Source: Geothermobacteraceae bacterium (lineage in GTDB: Bacteria; Desulfobacterota; Desulfuromonadia; Desulfuromonadales; Geothermobacteraceae). From it: a stretch of DNA of 38,337 nt. The notes under the pieces were generated by a model that did not search any database, had not been told where the DNA came from, and saw nothing but the letters and a program-made list of their open reading frames with translations. Every line of letters starts with the position of its first letter. The stretch's first letter is position 1. The position numbers and the translations under genes were made by a program. Below are positions 1 to 10,036 of this stretch, piece after piece. Location: assembly GCA_035266745.1 (NCBI GenBank), contig DATFMT010000215.1, positions 1 through 38,337 on the forward strand. The letters run 5' to 3'.

Positions 1-377
1 ATGGCAAAGACGAACAGGTTGAGCAGGGCGAAAAAACGCGCGGTGTCCCCCTCTTTTTCCATGTAGCCGACCGCATAGAGATGGATCAGGGTCGAAACCC
101 CGGTGACCATCAAGGCCATCGGTGCCGAGAGGTGATCGAAGAGGATGCTGAAATCGACCTTGAGCGGGCCGCTCTCCAGCCAGGTGAAGAGGGTGACGCG
201 GGTTCCTTCTCCATCCGAAAGTGACCAGAATGACAGGGTGCAGAGAAAGGCCGCCGCAACCGCCACGACCGCCAGCGCACCACGCAGGCGGCGCGGCAGG
301 TAGCTGCCGAACATGGCATTGATGGCACCGCCGAACAGCGGCAGCAGCAGAATCAGAAACAGCAGTTTCGCGTTCAT
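1..377 (-). CDS. nuoL: NADH-quinone oxidoreductase subunit L (NuoL), N-terminal ~125 codons only; the gene runs off the left edge
   Basis: Not on the ORF track because there is no stop inside the window. My translation of the minus strand from the ATG at 377 gives MNAKLLFLILLLPLFGGAINAMFGSYLPRR...SAPMALMVTGVSTLIHLYAVGYMEKEGDTARFF, a typical NuoL/ND5 N-terminus. The ATG overlaps the nuoK stop (TGATG). Position after nuoK fits the nuoA-N gene order. Confidence 0.85.
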   Translation of the reverse strand, partial: MNAKLLFLILLLPLFGGAINAMFGSYLPRRLRGALAVVAVAAAFLCTLSFWSLSDGEGTRVTLFTWLESGPLKVDFSILFDHLSAPMALMVTGVSTLIHLYAVGYMEKEGDTARFFALLNLFVFA

Positions 378-682
378 CAGCCCTTCATCTCGTTGTATTG
401 GTCCGCTTCGATGGTCCCCTTGCGGCGTTGCAGATAAACGACCATTGCTAGTGAAATCGAGACCTCGGCCGAGGTCAATGCCATCAGCAGCACCACCACC
501 AACTGGCCGTCGATCTGCTGCCAGAAGGCTGAGCCGCCGACCAGGGTCAGGCCGACCGCGTTGATCATCACCTCGACCCCGATCAGGATCATGATCAGGT
601 TGCGGCGGGCCAGGGTACAGGCCAGCCCCATGACGAACATAATGCCGGCGACGATCAGCAGGTGCTCGAGAGGAACGATCAT
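377..682 (-). CDS. nuoK: NADH-quinone oxidoreductase subunit K (NuoK)
   Basis: ORF-track call 377..928 trimmed to the internal ATG at 682 (MIVPLEHLLIVAGIMFVMGL...EADQYNEMKG). This gives a 101-aa three-helix membrane protein of NuoK/ND4L type. The ATG overlaps the nuoJ stop (ATGA). The upstream part of the ORF-track call lies inside nuoJ and is Arg/Gly-rich noise. Confidence 0.9.
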   Translation of the reverse strand: MIVPLEHLLIVAGIMFVMGLACTLARRNLIMILIGVEVMINAVGLTLVGGSAFWQQIDGQLVVVLLMALTSAEVSISLAMVVYLQRRKGTIEADQYNEMKG

Positions 683-1191
683 GTGCGACCTCCTTTGCGC
701 CATTCTTTCTTGCCGACGTAAAAAGCGCCAACCGCGGCAAACAGCAGCTGGAAAGAGACCACCTCGACCGCGAGTGCATATTCCTTGAACAGCGCGTAGC
801 CGAAATCGCGCGGCGAAGCGTAGTAGGCCGGTACGCCCTCCCGACCGACCGTTTCCACGCCCATGATCAGCAGCGTGCAGGAGACCAGGGCCAGTGCCAG
901 AAGGACCACCGGCAGCCAACGTTGCCACCCAGTCCCTTTGCTTTCCGCTTCGTTGGGCGCCAGTTCGAGCATCATGATGATGAACAAAAACAGCACCATG
1001 ATCGCCCCGGCATAGATGATCACCTCCCAGGCGGCGACCAGCGGTGCTCCGAGCAGGTAGAAGATCAGCGCCAGGGCAAAAAAAGCATGCACCAGGTAGA
1101 CCACCGCATGCACCGGGTTGCGCCGGGTGATGCAGAGCAGCGTCGCAATCAGTGCCACGGCCGAAAGAATGTAGAAAATTATCGCTGCCAT
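679..1191 (-). CDS. nuoJ: NADH-quinone oxidoreductase subunit J (NuoJ)
   Basis: 170-aa hydrophobic protein (MAAIIFYILSAVALIATLL...). Its size and its position between nuoI and nuoK match NuoJ/ND6. Confidence 0.9.
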   Translation of the reverse strand: MAAIIFYILSAVALIATLLCITRRNPVHAVVYLVHAFFALALIFYLLGAPLVAAWEVIIYAGAIMVLFLFIIMMLELAPNEAESKGTGWQRWLPVVLLALALVSCTLLIMGVETVGREGVPAYYASPRDFGYALFKEYALAVEVVSFQLLFAAVGAFYVGKKEWRKGGRT

Positions 1192-1207
1192 CAGGTCCTT
1201 GCCGTTG

Positions 1208-1738
1208 TTACGGTAACAGATCTTTTACGTCCGCCGGTGGTGTCTCGTCATCGTTGCCGCCGCGCGGATTGACGACACCGATGCCGGCGTGCTGGTAAAA
1301 GTTATAGCTGTTGTCCTTGCCGCCATCCTTGATCAGCAGGTCCTCTTTCTCGAAGACCAGGCTCATCGGATCGCGGTTACAGATCTCGTAGTCGGGCGAC
1401 ATCTGGATCGCCAGGGTCGGGCAGGCTTCGGCGCAGAGCCCGCAGAAGATACAGCGGGTGAAGTTGATGCGGAACCAGGCGGCCTGGCGCCGGCCGTTTT
1501 CTAGCTCTTCGGCCTGCATCGAGATGCAGTCGACCGGGCAGGCGGCGCTGCACAGGTAACAGGCGACGCAGCGCTCGCCGCCATCCGGGTCACGGGTCAG
1601 CACGATGCGCGCCCGGTAGCGCGAATAGGGGGTGCGCTTCTGTTCCGGGTACTGGATGGTCACCGGTCTGCGGAACATGTTGCGCAGGGTGATCCAGTAG
1701 GGCTTGAAGGTGCCTTTGATATCGCGCCAGAGGTTCAT
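1208..1738 (-). CDS. nuoI: NADH-quinone oxidoreductase subunit I (NuoI), 2x[4Fe-4S] ferredoxin-type
   Basis: 176 aa with two CxxCxxCxxxCP motifs (CVACYLCSAACP and CIFCGLCAEACP). Lies between nuoH and nuoJ. Confidence 0.95.
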   Translation of the reverse strand: MNLWRDIKGTFKPYWITLRNMFRRPVTIQYPEQKRTPYSRYRARIVLTRDPDGGERCVACYLCSAACPVDCISMQAEELENGRRQAAWFRINFTRCIFCGLCAEACPTLAIQMSPDYEICNRDPMSLVFEKEDLLIKDGGKDNSYNFYQHAGIGVVNPRGGNDDETPPADVKDLLP

Positions 1739-1741
1739 AGG

Positions 1742-2737
1742 CTATCCATTCAACCAGAGCAAGATCGCTCCGGTGACGATGACGTTGGCCAGCGCCAGCG
1801 GGACCAGGATTTTCCAGCCAAAGTGCATCAGCTGGTCGTAGCGGAGTCTCGGCAGGGTGCCGCGGGTCCAGATAAAGCAGAAGGCGATCAGCATCACCTT
1901 GGCGAAAAACCAGACGATCGGCGGCAGCAGCGGACCGTGCCAGCCGCCGAGGAAGAAGATCGTCACCATGCTCGAGAGGATGATGACGTTGATGTACTCA
2001 CCGACGAAGAACAGGCCGAAGCGCATCCCCGAATACTCGGTGTGGAAGCCGGCGACGATCTCGTTCTCGGCTTCCGGCATATCGAACGGCACCCGCTTGG
2101 ATTCGGCCAGCACGCTGATCAGGAAAATGATAAAGGCGAGCGGGTTCTTCAGCGCAAACGGGATAGCGGCCTGGGCGTTGACGATATCGGTCAACGAGAA
2201 GGAGCGCGCCATCAGCACCACCGGCACGATGGAGAGCCCCATCGACAACTCATAACTGATCAGCTGGGCCAGGGCGCGGATGCCACCGAGCAGGGCGTAT
2301 TTGGAGTTGGAGGCCCAGCCGCCGAGCGTGACGCCGTAAACCGCCAGCGACGAAAGGCCGAGAAAGTAGAGCACGCCGATATTGAGGTCGCAGATCACCA
2401 GCGGCACTTCGCGGCCGAACAGGGTGACCGGCGGTCCGAAGGGGACCACGGCAAAGGTCAGCAGGGCCGTCACTGCGGCAATTCCCGGGGCGACGAAAAA
2501 CAGCGTCTTGTCGGCCTGCGACGGGATAAAGTCCTCCTTGGTGACCAGTTTGACGGCGTCGGCCAGCGGCTGCAGCAGACCGAAGGGGCCGACCCGGTTC
2601 GGGCCGTAACGCAATTGCATGCGGCCGAGCAGCTTGCGCTCGGCGAGCACCATATAGGCGGCGCCAGTCAGCAGGATGAAAAAGACAAAGCTGATCTTGA
2701 CCAGGATCAGGGCGAGGGTGATCAGGAACTCGCTCAT
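1742..2737 (-). CDS. nuoH: NADH-quinone oxidoreductase subunit H (NuoH)
   Basis: ORF 1742..2764 trimmed to the ATG at 2737 (MSEFLITLALILVKISF...), which overlaps the nuoG stop as ATGA. Polytopic membrane protein with the NuoH/ND1 signature region (RKLLGRMQLRYGPNRVGPFGLLQPLADAVKL). Confidence 0.93.
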   Translation of the reverse strand: MSEFLITLALILVKISFVFFILLTGAAYMVLAERKLLGRMQLRYGPNRVGPFGLLQPLADAVKLVTKEDFIPSQADKTLFFVAPGIAAVTALLTFAVVPFGPPVTLFGREVPLVICDLNIGVLYFLGLSSLAVYGVTLGGWASNSKYALLGGIRALAQLISYELSMGLSIVPVVLMARSFSLTDIVNAQAAIPFALKNPLAFIIFLISVLAESKRVPFDMPEAENEIVAGFHTEYSGMRFGLFFVGEYINVIILSSMVTIFFLGGWHGPLLPPIVWFFAKVMLIAFCFIWTRGTLPRLRYDQLMHFGWKILVPLALANVIVTGAILLWLNG

Positions 2738-5133
2738 GTCTCCCCTCCCTTGTCGATCCGGCACGGCACCTGGCTGCCGGAGGCGAACTGTTCCAGCGGG
2801 GTACCGTAAAGACGCGTGGTGATCGCCAGTCCGTCAACCATATGGGGGTCAACTTTCAATGTCAGCCTGACATTATCCAACTCGGTCCGCAGGGTCACGG
2901 TTTCGCCGTCGGACAACTGCAGTCGGCAGGCCAAATCCGGATGGACCAGGAGCTGCGGCGCTTCGGTCACGGCTTGCAGGGTGGCGGAGAATGAGGAGAG
3001 CCGTTCGCTGCCGTACAGGCCGTCAACGACCAGCAGGGTCAAGTCGGCGGTGTCACCCGAACTTTTAAACCCTGCTTCCGTAGCGGGCGGGAGCTGGCCG
3101 CTGCCTCTCACCCTGACCCCTTCATGCTCCGGGGCCAGCAGCGACAGACCGGTGAAGCGGGGGTCGGCAGCTTCCAGCTCGACATGGATGGTGTGCAGGT
3201 TGAGGTCCAGCTCCTGCAGTTCGGCCAGCAGTTGCCAGGCGGCCTGCGGCAGGCTGCCCGGTGTGACGGATTCAAACTGGCGTGGGGGATAATTGCCGCC
3301 ACCGGTCTCCCGGATCGGCAGCCCCGGTTCGAAGGCCGCCGCGACTGCCAGCATCCGCCCTTCGTTGTTGACGTAGCTGCCAGCCGCTTCGGCCCAGCCG
3401 GTGGTTGGCAGGAAGGCATCGGCCTGTTTGGCGGCCCGGTTCGGAATATGATCCATCACCAGCAGGAATTCAAGCGCACCGAGGGCCGTGGCAATGCGTT
3501 CCGGATGATCGGTGACCGGGTCGTTTTCGAGACAGACCAGCGCCTTGACCTTGCCGGCGAGGACGTCGTCGAGCAGGCTGTTGAAGTCGTCGTTGTCTTT
3601 TGCCAACAGGGCGCCGGAAAAACTGTTCGGTCCCGCCAGGGGAACGAAGATTCCGCACTCCTGCTCGTTGGTCGGCAGGGAGGTGGCGGTCTGGAACAGT
3701 TGCGTCACTCCAGCCGGGCCGAGCAGATCGGCGCCACCGATCAGAATCGGTTTGGCGGCCCGCTGCAGCCGTTCGCGAATCCCCTCGAGGATCGTCAGCT
3801 GCTGACGGCTGAAAGATGCGGCGGGCATGCCGCTGCCGAGAAATTCCATGACCTGTGACAAGCGGCCGGGATGCAGCGGCAGGTGGACCGCATCGCAGGG
3901 AAGTTTTACCGGGCGCGGATCGATGACGGCGACCAGGGCTCCCTTGCGGGCAGCCTGGCGGAGCGCCAAGGCCAAAACCGGGGCTTCGCCGAGCGGATCA
4001 CTGCCAAGCAGCACCAGGCAATCGGATTGACGGATATCTTCCAGGCTGCGGGCCCGCTGACCGAGTTGTGCCGCGAGGCTGCGTGCGGTGCGGTCGCGCC
4101 GGGCCTGGCAGTCATAAACCAGCCGTGAACTGCCGATGCTGCCGGCGAGTCTGGACAACAACCAGTTGGCCTCCAGGGATGCGCGCGGTGAGCCGAGAAA
4201 AGCGATGCTTTCCGGACCGTACTGGGTGGCGACCTGTTGCAGGCAGATGCGGCTGCGTTCGAGGATATCGTCCCAACTGGTACGCTCGCCCTTCCAGCGC
4301 GGCTCTCGCGGCCGGTCCGGGTGATTGAGGTGGTCGATGGCAAAGCGGCCGCGGTCGCAGATGAAAAAACCGTTGGTCTTGCGGTTGATGCCGCCGCGCA
4401 CCCGTTGCGCTTCGCGGTAACGGCCCCCGGGGACCACCGCACAGCCGAGCGAGCAGTGCGGGCAGATCGATGGTGCTTCCTCGAGATCCCAGTAACGGGT
4501 TTTGAAGCGAAACGGTTTGCTGGTGAAGACCCCGGTCGGGCAGGCGTCGATAATGTTGCCGGCAAAAGGGGACTCCAGCCGGCCGTCCCTGAAACGACCG
4601 AAGAAGAGCCGGTTGCGCGACCCCATGACGCCAAAATCAGTGCCGCCGCAGTAGTCTTGGTAGGTGCGGACACAGCGGTAGCACTGAATGCAGCGGTTCA
4701 TCTCCTGCTCGACGAAGGGGCCAAGTTCCTGGTTGATCCAGGTCCGCTTCGGGCCACGGTAGCGCCTGATGCCGTGACCGCCGGCGATGGTCATGTCCTG
4801 CAGCTGGCATTCGCCCCCTTCGTCGCAGACCGGACAGTCGTGGGGATGGTTCATCATCAGCCACTCGATGACATGAGCACGGAGTTCCTGGGCGTCCTGG
4901 TCAACGGTCGAGACAACCATACCGTCCTGGGCCGGGACCATGCACGACATCTGGATTCCCTTGACCGGTCCCTCGCTGAACTTCATCGCACAGAGCCGAC
5001 AGGCTCCGACCGCCCCGAGCGCTTCGTGGTAACAGAAGTGCGGGATGACGATGCCGATCCGCTTGGCGGCTTCGAGCACGTTGCTGCCATCGGGAACGGT
5101 CACTTTTTGGTTGTCAATAGTCAACGTCGGCAT
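2734..5133 (-). CDS. nuoG: NADH-quinone oxidoreductase subunit G (NuoG), 799 aa
   Basis: The N-terminus has a 2Fe-2S ferredoxin fold (CYHEALGAVGACRLC) followed by 4Fe-4S motifs (HPHDCPVCDEGGEC, CIQCYRCVR, CPTGV). A molybdopterin-oxidoreductase-like domain follows. Confidence 0.93.
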   Translation of the reverse strand: MPTLTIDNQKVTVPDGSNVLEAAKRIGIVIPHFCYHEALGAVGACRLCAMKFSEGPVKGIQMSCMVPAQDGMVVSTVDQDAQELRAHVIEWLMMNHPHDCPVCDEGGECQLQDMTIAGGHGIRRYRGPKRTWINQELGPFVEQEMNRCIQCYRCVRTYQDYCGGTDFGVMGSRNRLFFGRFRDGRLESPFAGNIIDACPTGVFTSKPFRFKTRYWDLEEAPSICPHCSLGCAVVPGGRYREAQRVRGGINRKTNGFFICDRGRFAIDHLNHPDRPREPRWKGERTSWDDILERSRICLQQVATQYGPESIAFLGSPRASLEANWLLSRLAGSIGSSRLVYDCQARRDRTARSLAAQLGQRARSLEDIRQSDCLVLLGSDPLGEAPVLALALRQAARKGALVAVIDPRPVKLPCDAVHLPLHPGRLSQVMEFLGSGMPAASFSRQQLTILEGIRERLQRAAKPILIGGADLLGPAGVTQLFQTATSLPTNEQECGIFVPLAGPNSFSGALLAKDNDDFNSLLDDVLAGKVKALVCLENDPVTDHPERIATALGALEFLLVMDHIPNRAAKQADAFLPTTGWAEAAGSYVNNEGRMLAVAAAFEPGLPIRETGGGNYPPRQFESVTPGSLPQAAWQLLAELQELDLNLHTIHVELEAADPRFTGLSLLAPEHEGVRVRGSGQLPPATEAGFKSSGDTADLTLLVVDGLYGSERLSSFSATLQAVTEAPQLLVHPDLACRLQLSDGETVTLRTELDNVRLTLKVDPHMVDGLAITTRLYGTPLEQFASGSQVPCRIDKGGET

Positions 5134-5181
5134 GGTTTTGTCGGCGGCTTCGCCGGAGACTCATCTGCTGGGTTCCCCTGC

Positions 5182-5226
5182 GGACCAGATCGTTCGACGT
5201 ACGCTGTACGCCTCACAATCTGGTCC
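5182..5226. other. 9-bp-stem hairpin in the 170-bp nuoF-nuoG spacer
   Basis: ggaccagat (5182-5190) is the exact reverse complement of atctggtcc (5218-5226), with a 27-nt loop. It sits in the only sizeable gap of an otherwise tightly packed operon. Confidence 0.4.
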
Positions 5227-5303
5227 TTGGGCACCTTGCATCTGAAACCTCTGGCTGTGCCGTAGTTACTCCCGGTTTATATAGCCCAATCGTTAAATGC
5301 TGG

Positions 5304-6578
5304 TTATCCTTTGAAGGGACAGTACCCCTTTTTCACATGATCTTCCAGTTCGTCCTCGAAATGGTTCAATAACCCTTCCAACGGTCCCATCGCCCCTTCG
5401 GCGAGGGCGCAGAAGGAACGGCCGGCGATATTCTTATGCTGATCCCTGAGCATGGCGATCAGCTCCCGGCTGCCGCGCCCGGCCTCGATCTCCTCGAGCA
5501 GCCAGCGCACCATCACCAAGCCGTCGCGACAGGGGGTGCACCAGCCGCAGGATTCGCGGGCGAAGAATTTCATCAGGTTGAGGGTCGCGCCGACCATGCA
5601 GGTGTCGCTGTCAAAAGCGGTCACGCCGGCGGTGCCGAAGCGGCTGCCGACCGCGGCCAGCGGATCGAAATCGAGCGCCACGTCGAGGTGCGCGGCGGTC
5701 AGATAGGGGGTCGAGGCCCCGCCGGGCAGGCAGGCCTTGAAACCCTTGCCGCCGCGCATGCCGCCGCCGATCTCAAGCACTTCACGCAGGGGGATGCCGA
5801 CCGGCAGCTCGAAACATTCGGTACGCTCGAGGTGACCGGAGAGGCCGAACAACTTGGTCCCGGACCCCTCCGGATTAACGGCCAGATCCTTGAACCATTC
5901 ACTACCGCCGGTGAGGATGTGCGGCACGTTGGCCACCGTCTCGATATTATTGACCGTGGTCGGTTTGCCGAACAGCCCCTTGACCGCCGGGAAGGGCGGC
6001 TTGCTGCGCGGATTGGCCCGCACCCCCTCGATGCCGTTGAGCTGGGAAGTCTCCTCGCCGAGGATGTAGCGGCCGGCGCTGCGGTGGACGTGGACCTGCA
6101 GGCCGTAGCCGCTACCGAGGATGTCCGGGCCGAGATAGCCGGCCTGCTTGGCCTCTTCGATGGCCCGCTCCAGGTTGCGTGAGCACTCCTCGTAGGCGTA
6201 GCGGATGAAGATATAGGCTTCCGGAACCTGCAGGGCGTAGGCCGAGACGATGACCCCTTCGAGGACCTGATGCGGGTCGGCCAGCAGCAGCTGCTTGTCC
6301 TTGTAGGTTCCCGGCTCCATCTCGTCGCCGTTGACCACCAGATACTTTGTCCCCGGCTGATCGGCGGGGAAGAACGACCACTTCAGCCCGGTCGAAAAGC
6401 CGGCACCGCCCCGGCCGCGCAGTCCCGAGGCCTTGACCGTCTCGCGTACCTCGGCCGGGGTCATGGACTTGAGCGCCCTTTCCAAACCCCGGTAGCCGCC
6501 GTTTTTGCGGAACTCGTCGAAAAAGACGGTCTCGCCAGGGCGGCGGTTCTTGAAGAGGATTTGCGGGTAGTCGGCCAT
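5304..6578 (-). CDS. nuoF: NADH-quinone oxidoreductase subunit F (NuoF), NADH/FMN-binding
   Basis: 424 aa. Contains GLRGRGGAGFSTGLKW (FMN/NADH site), a GDEMEPGT-type motif and C-terminal 4Fe-4S cysteines (ESCGWCTPCRDG). Confidence 0.95.
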   Translation of the reverse strand: MADYPQILFKNRRPGETVFFDEFRKNGGYRGLERALKSMTPAEVRETVKASGLRGRGGAGFSTGLKWSFFPADQPGTKYLVVNGDEMEPGTYKDKQLLLADPHQVLEGVIVSAYALQVPEAYIFIRYAYEECSRNLERAIEEAKQAGYLGPDILGSGYGLQVHVHRSAGRYILGEETSQLNGIEGVRANPRSKPPFPAVKGLFGKPTTVNNIETVANVPHILTGGSEWFKDLAVNPEGSGTKLFGLSGHLERTECFELPVGIPLREVLEIGGGMRGGKGFKACLPGGASTPYLTAAHLDVALDFDPLAAVGSRFGTAGVTAFDSDTCMVGATLNLMKFFARESCGWCTPCRDGLVMVRWLLEEIEAGRGSRELIAMLRDQHKNIAGRSFCALAEGAMGPLEGLLNHFEDELEDHVKKGYCPFKG

Positions 6579-6582
6579 GGCG

Positions 6583-7068
6583 TCAGGCTTTTTCCTTGTT
6601 CAGGATCGCATCCACCAGCTCCGGCGTCAGCCGGCCGTAGGTGGTCAGTCCAATCATCATTGCCGGGGCGTCGCCGCAGGCGCCGAGACAGCAGGTCGGC
6701 AGCAGGGTAAACACTCCATCGGCGGTCGTTTGGCCCGGAGCAATGCCGAGTTTTTGTTGCAGGTAGTCGTAGACGTGCTCGCCGTCGCGGCTCCAGCAGC
6801 AGATCGAATCGCAGACATGGATCACCTTGCGTCCCACCGGCTGACGGTAGATCTTGTCATAGAAGGTGGCGATCTCTTCGATCTGCAGGACAGAGAGGCC
6901 GAGGATGCTGCCGGCCAGTTCGACCCCGGCATCCGGTACCCAGCCGTGATGATCCTGAATCGCCCGCAGCAGATCGACGATCAATTCACGCGGGTGCTTG
7001 ATCGCCGCTGCCTTGGCGCGGAACGCTTCGAGCTGGTCTTGGGGGAGGAGTTTGTTCATAAGTTCCAT
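6583..7068 (-). CDS. nuoE: NADH-quinone oxidoreductase subunit E (NuoE), thioredoxin-like 2Fe-2S
   Basis: 161 aa. Cysteine pattern HVCDSICC...CCLGACGDAP is typical of NuoE. Lies between nuoBCD and nuoF. Confidence 0.93.
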   Translation of the reverse strand: MELMNKLLPQDQLEAFRAKAAAIKHPRELIVDLLRAIQDHHGWVPDAGVELAGSILGLSVLQIEEIATFYDKIYRQPVGRKVIHVCDSICCWSRDGEHVYDYLQQKLGIAPGQTTADGVFTLLPTCCLGACGDAPAMMIGLTTYGRLTPELVDAILNKEKA

Positions 7069-9453
7069 TTATCTATCCAGATCCGCCAGCACGAAATCGA
7101 TCGATCCCAAAATCGTGATCAAATCGGCGATCAACCAGCCACGGCTCATCAGCCCGGTCATCTGCAGGTGCGGGAAACTCGGGGTGCGAATCCGTGCCCG
7201 GTAGGGGACGTTGTTGCCGTCAGAGACCAGGTAGTAGCCGCACTCCCCCTTGCTCGATTCGATCGCCCGGTAACATTCGCCGCGCGGCGGGGTCATGCCG
7301 CGGGTGACGTTGCAGAAATGGTGGATCAGGCTCTCGATGTCCTGCAGGCCATCCTTTCGCTTCGGATAGACGTAGCGGTAATCCTCGCCGATCCAGCGCC
7401 CGCCCGGCATCTCGGCGGCGGCCTGCTTGATGATCTTCAGGCTTTCGCGCATCTCGCGCATGCGCACCTGGTAGCGGGCAAAGGAGTCGCCTCCGGTTGC
7501 GGTCGCCACATCGAAGTCATATTTCTCGTAGCCGGAATAGGGCATCTTGCGGCGCAGGTCCCACTCCAGGCCGGTGGCGCGCAGGTTCGGGCCGCTCATG
7601 CCCCAATCGATTGCTTCGTCGGTTGTCACTGCGCCGACCCCCTCGGTGCGGGCGCGGAAGATCGGACCGTCGTTGAGCAGGGTTTCCAGTTCGTCGAGGC
7701 GCTTGTCGAAATCCTTGGTAAAGGTGTGAACAACAGATTCCCAGCCCTTCGGCAGGTCCTGCGGAACACCGCCGATCCGGAACCAGGAGGGGTGCATGCG
7801 GCCGCCGGTGACCATCTCGACGATGTCGAAGATCTTCTCGCGCGATTCCAGGGCATAGAAAACCGGGGTCATGGCGCCGACGTCGTGGGCGAAGGTGCCG
7901 AGCCAGACCAGGTGGTTGGCGAGCCGGAACAGCTCGCAGAGCATGACCCGGATCGCCTGGGCGCGCTGCGGTACCTCGAGCCCGAGCAAGGTCTCCAGCG
8001 GCAGCAGGTAGGCGAGGTTATTCTGCACCCCGGAGAGGTAGTCGATGCGGTCGGTGTAGGGGATGAACTGGTTCCAGTGCTGACGCTCGGCCATCTTTTC
8101 GGCGCCGCGATGGTGGTAACCGATGTCGAGATCGACGTCCTCGATCTCCTCGCCGTCGAGCAGCAGGATCAGGCGCAGCACGCCGTGGGTGCCCGGGTGG
8201 TGCGGGCCGATGTTGAGCACCATCGGCTCCTCACCGGGTTTGATCTTGCGCCCCTTGAAGAAGTCACCCCCTTCGCGGGGAATCATGGTAGCGGCTGTTT
8301 CGGCGGTGTAGGCCGCCATCTCACTGGCACGGAAGACGTGCTCCTTGCGCAGCGGGTGCCCTTGCCACGAATCGGGCATCAGGATCCGGCGCAGGTCGTG
8401 GTGGCCGGTGAAGCGCAGCCCGAACATGTCGTAGACTTCCCGTTCGTACCAGTTGGCAGAGGGCCAGAGGTCGGTGATCGACGGCGCTTCCGGGTGGTCA
8501 CCGGTCAACGGTACCTTGACCCTCAGGTAGCCGGGATCGTCGAAATTGGTCAGGTGGTAGGTGAGGGTGTAATCGTGGCCTGACTTGCTGACCCGGGCGG
8601 TCTCATCGACGGCGGTCAGGTCTTCGAGCCGCCGGTACTTGACCGGGGCTTCCTGCTTGAGAAAGCGCAGCAGTTCCGGAGCGTCTTCCGCCGCGCTCAC
8701 CAGGGTCGGCATGTCGGCGGCATCCTCCTCGCGGACCCGCTCGCCGAAGCGCGCCGCAAGCGTCTGGCGCAGGTTCCCCGTCGAGGCGGGAAACTCGATC
8801 TGTGGTTGAGCCGGTCGCCACATCGCGTTCGAGCGGCTCTGCCAGAAGGTCGGCTGCTGCATGCTGGTGCCGCGGATGCTGCTGTTGCCGTAGCCGGGGC
8901 CGCGCGGGTCGCGGCTCTTGCTGACGCCGTCGATCAGGATTTCCCGGGTGGTCCCCTCGTGACCCCCCTGCATGCCGAGCACCTTGCGGGCCGGCTTCTC
9001 CTCGTTGCGGATTTTCTCCTGCAGCAGCATGATCCCCTGGATGAAGGCTTCCGGGCGCGGCGGGCAGCCGGGGACATAGACGTCGACCGGGACGATCTGG
9101 TTGACCCCCTGGATGACGCTGTAGACATCGTACATGCCGCCGGAGTTGGCGCAGCTCCCCATTGAAATAACCCATTTCGGGTTGGTCATCTGTTCGTAGA
9201 GGCGCAGGATCGACGGCCCCATCTTCTTGAACGGGGTGCCGGAGATCACCATCAGGTCGGCTTCGCGAGGGGTGCCACGCAGCACCTCGGCGCCGAAGCG
9301 GGCCAGGTCGAAGCGCGGGGTGAGGCTGGTGGTCATCTCGACGAAACAGCAGGAGAGACCGAAGAACATCGGCCACATGCTGTTGCTGCGCGCCCAGTTG
9401 ATGACGTCGTCGAGCGTCGTCAGGATGACATTGTCGGGGATTTCTTCAGTCAT
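7069..9453 (-). CDS. nuoBCD: Fused NADH-quinone oxidoreductase subunits B, C and D in one 794-aa polypeptide
   Basis: A single uninterrupted ORF. The N-terminal part is NuoB ([26 protein letters not shown] = N2 cluster ligands). A low-complexity linker of about 70 aa follows. The middle part is NuoC-like ([19 protein letters not shown]). The C-terminal part is NuoD ([13 protein letters not shown]...YTDRIDYLS...[12 protein letters not shown]). Confidence 0.93.
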   Translation of the reverse strand: MTEEIPDNVILTTLDDVINWARSNSMWPMFFGLSCCFVEMTTSLTPRFDLARFGAEVLRGTPREADLMVISGTPFKKMGPSILRLYEQMTNPKWVISMGSCANSGGMYDVYSVIQGVNQIVPVDVYVPGCPPRPEAFIQGIMLLQEKIRNEEKPARKVLGMQGGHEGTTREILIDGVSKSRDPRGPGYGNSSIRGTSMQQPTFWQSRSNAMWRPAQPQIEFPASTGNLRQTLAARFGERVREEDAADMPTLVSAAEDAPELLRFLKQEAPVKYRRLEDLTAVDETARVSKSGHDYTLTYHLTNFDDPGYLRVKVPLTGDHPEAPSITDLWPSANWYEREVYDMFGLRFTGHHDLRRILMPDSWQGHPLRKEHVFRASEMAAYTAETAATMIPREGGDFFKGRKIKPGEEPMVLNIGPHHPGTHGVLRLILLLDGEEIEDVDLDIGYHHRGAEKMAERQHWNQFIPYTDRIDYLSGVQNNLAYLLPLETLLGLEVPQRAQAIRVMLCELFRLANHLVWLGTFAHDVGAMTPVFYALESREKIFDIVEMVTGGRMHPSWFRIGGVPQDLPKGWESVVHTFTKDFDKRLDELETLLNDGPIFRARTEGVGAVTTDEAIDWGMSGPNLRATGLEWDLRRKMPYSGYEKYDFDVATATGGDSFARYQVRMREMRESLKIIKQAAAEMPGGRWIGEDYRYVYPKRKDGLQDIESLIHHFCNVTRGMTPPRGECYRAIESSKGECGYYLVSDGNNVPYRARIRTPSFPHLQMTGLMSRGWLIADLITILGSIDFVLADLDR

Positions 9454-9905
9454 AGTTCCTGTCCGCGACGCTGGACCGTCCTCGGCCGGGGGCCCCAGTC
9501 GAGGCCGCCCATCTTCCAGAGATAGACTAGGCCGAGAAACAGCACGACGATGAAAAAGGTGATTTGCCAGAAACCGGCCCAGCCGATCAAATCCCAGGCG
9601 ACCGCCCAGGAGACGATGAAAATCGCCTCGACATCAAAGACGATGAAGAAGATCGCCACCAGGTAAAAAGGCACCGGTTCGCGAAGTTTGGCTTCCCCGG
9701 TCGGCGCGATGCCGGATTCGTAGGGTTCCTCTTTGAGCCCGCCACGGGACTTGTGGCCGAGCAGCCAGCTGACCACCATCAGCGTGCCGATCAAGATCAG
9801 GGCGATCACCCCGTAGAGGACGAGCGACAGCAACCCTTCGGCACTCGGCGGGCTTTCTCCGCCGGTCGGGACCGGCAGCTGGCTGGCTAGGTTGAGGATC
9901 GGCAT
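9450..9905 (-). CDS. nuoA: NADH-quinone oxidoreductase subunit A (NuoA)
   Basis: 151 aa. Contains the NuoA/ND3 core ([32 protein letters not shown]). Its stop overlaps the nuoBCD start by 4 nt. The exact start is uncertain because the N-terminus is longer than usual. Confidence 0.88.
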   Translation of the reverse strand: MPILNLASQLPVPTGGESPPSAEGLLSLVLYGVIALILIGTLMVVSWLLGHKSRGGLKEEPYESGIAPTGEAKLREPVPFYLVAIFFIVFDVEAIFIVSWAVAWDLIGWAGFWQITFFIVVLFLGLVYLWKMGGLDWGPRPRTVQRRGQEL

Positions 9906-10036
9906 TGGTAAGTGAATGACTTTACTTAAGTTTTATCAGGTTGTTGTCGCCGGTTTGCCAGGTGCAAAAACCGGGCACAAAGTCATGACCAAGGATAACA
10001 CAAAACGCCCACCTGTCCATAACCGTGGCGTACCGA

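Noticed and set aside
6577-8583. Very long antisense ORFs opposite real genes. Examples: 6577..8583 (+, 668 aa), 1823..2809 (+), 14394..15734 (+), 20664..21524 (-), 22386..23252 (-), 30756..31823 (+), 10803..11753 (-).
   Set aside because: Their translations are Arg/Gly/Ala/Asp/His-rich low-complexity sequence with no motifs. They lie exactly opposite genes with strong family signatures. This is the usual stop-codon-poor antisense artefact of high-GC DNA.
9906-10036. Searched the nuoA upstream region, the ehrA/sulP spacer and the cytochrome-PKD upstream region for sigma54 (TGGCAC-N5-TTGC) promoters and riboswitch-like structures.
   Set aside because: I found only weak partial matches (e.g. 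ctggcaaaccggcgac, tggcggcctcttcatt). None meets the GG/GC spacing convincingly.
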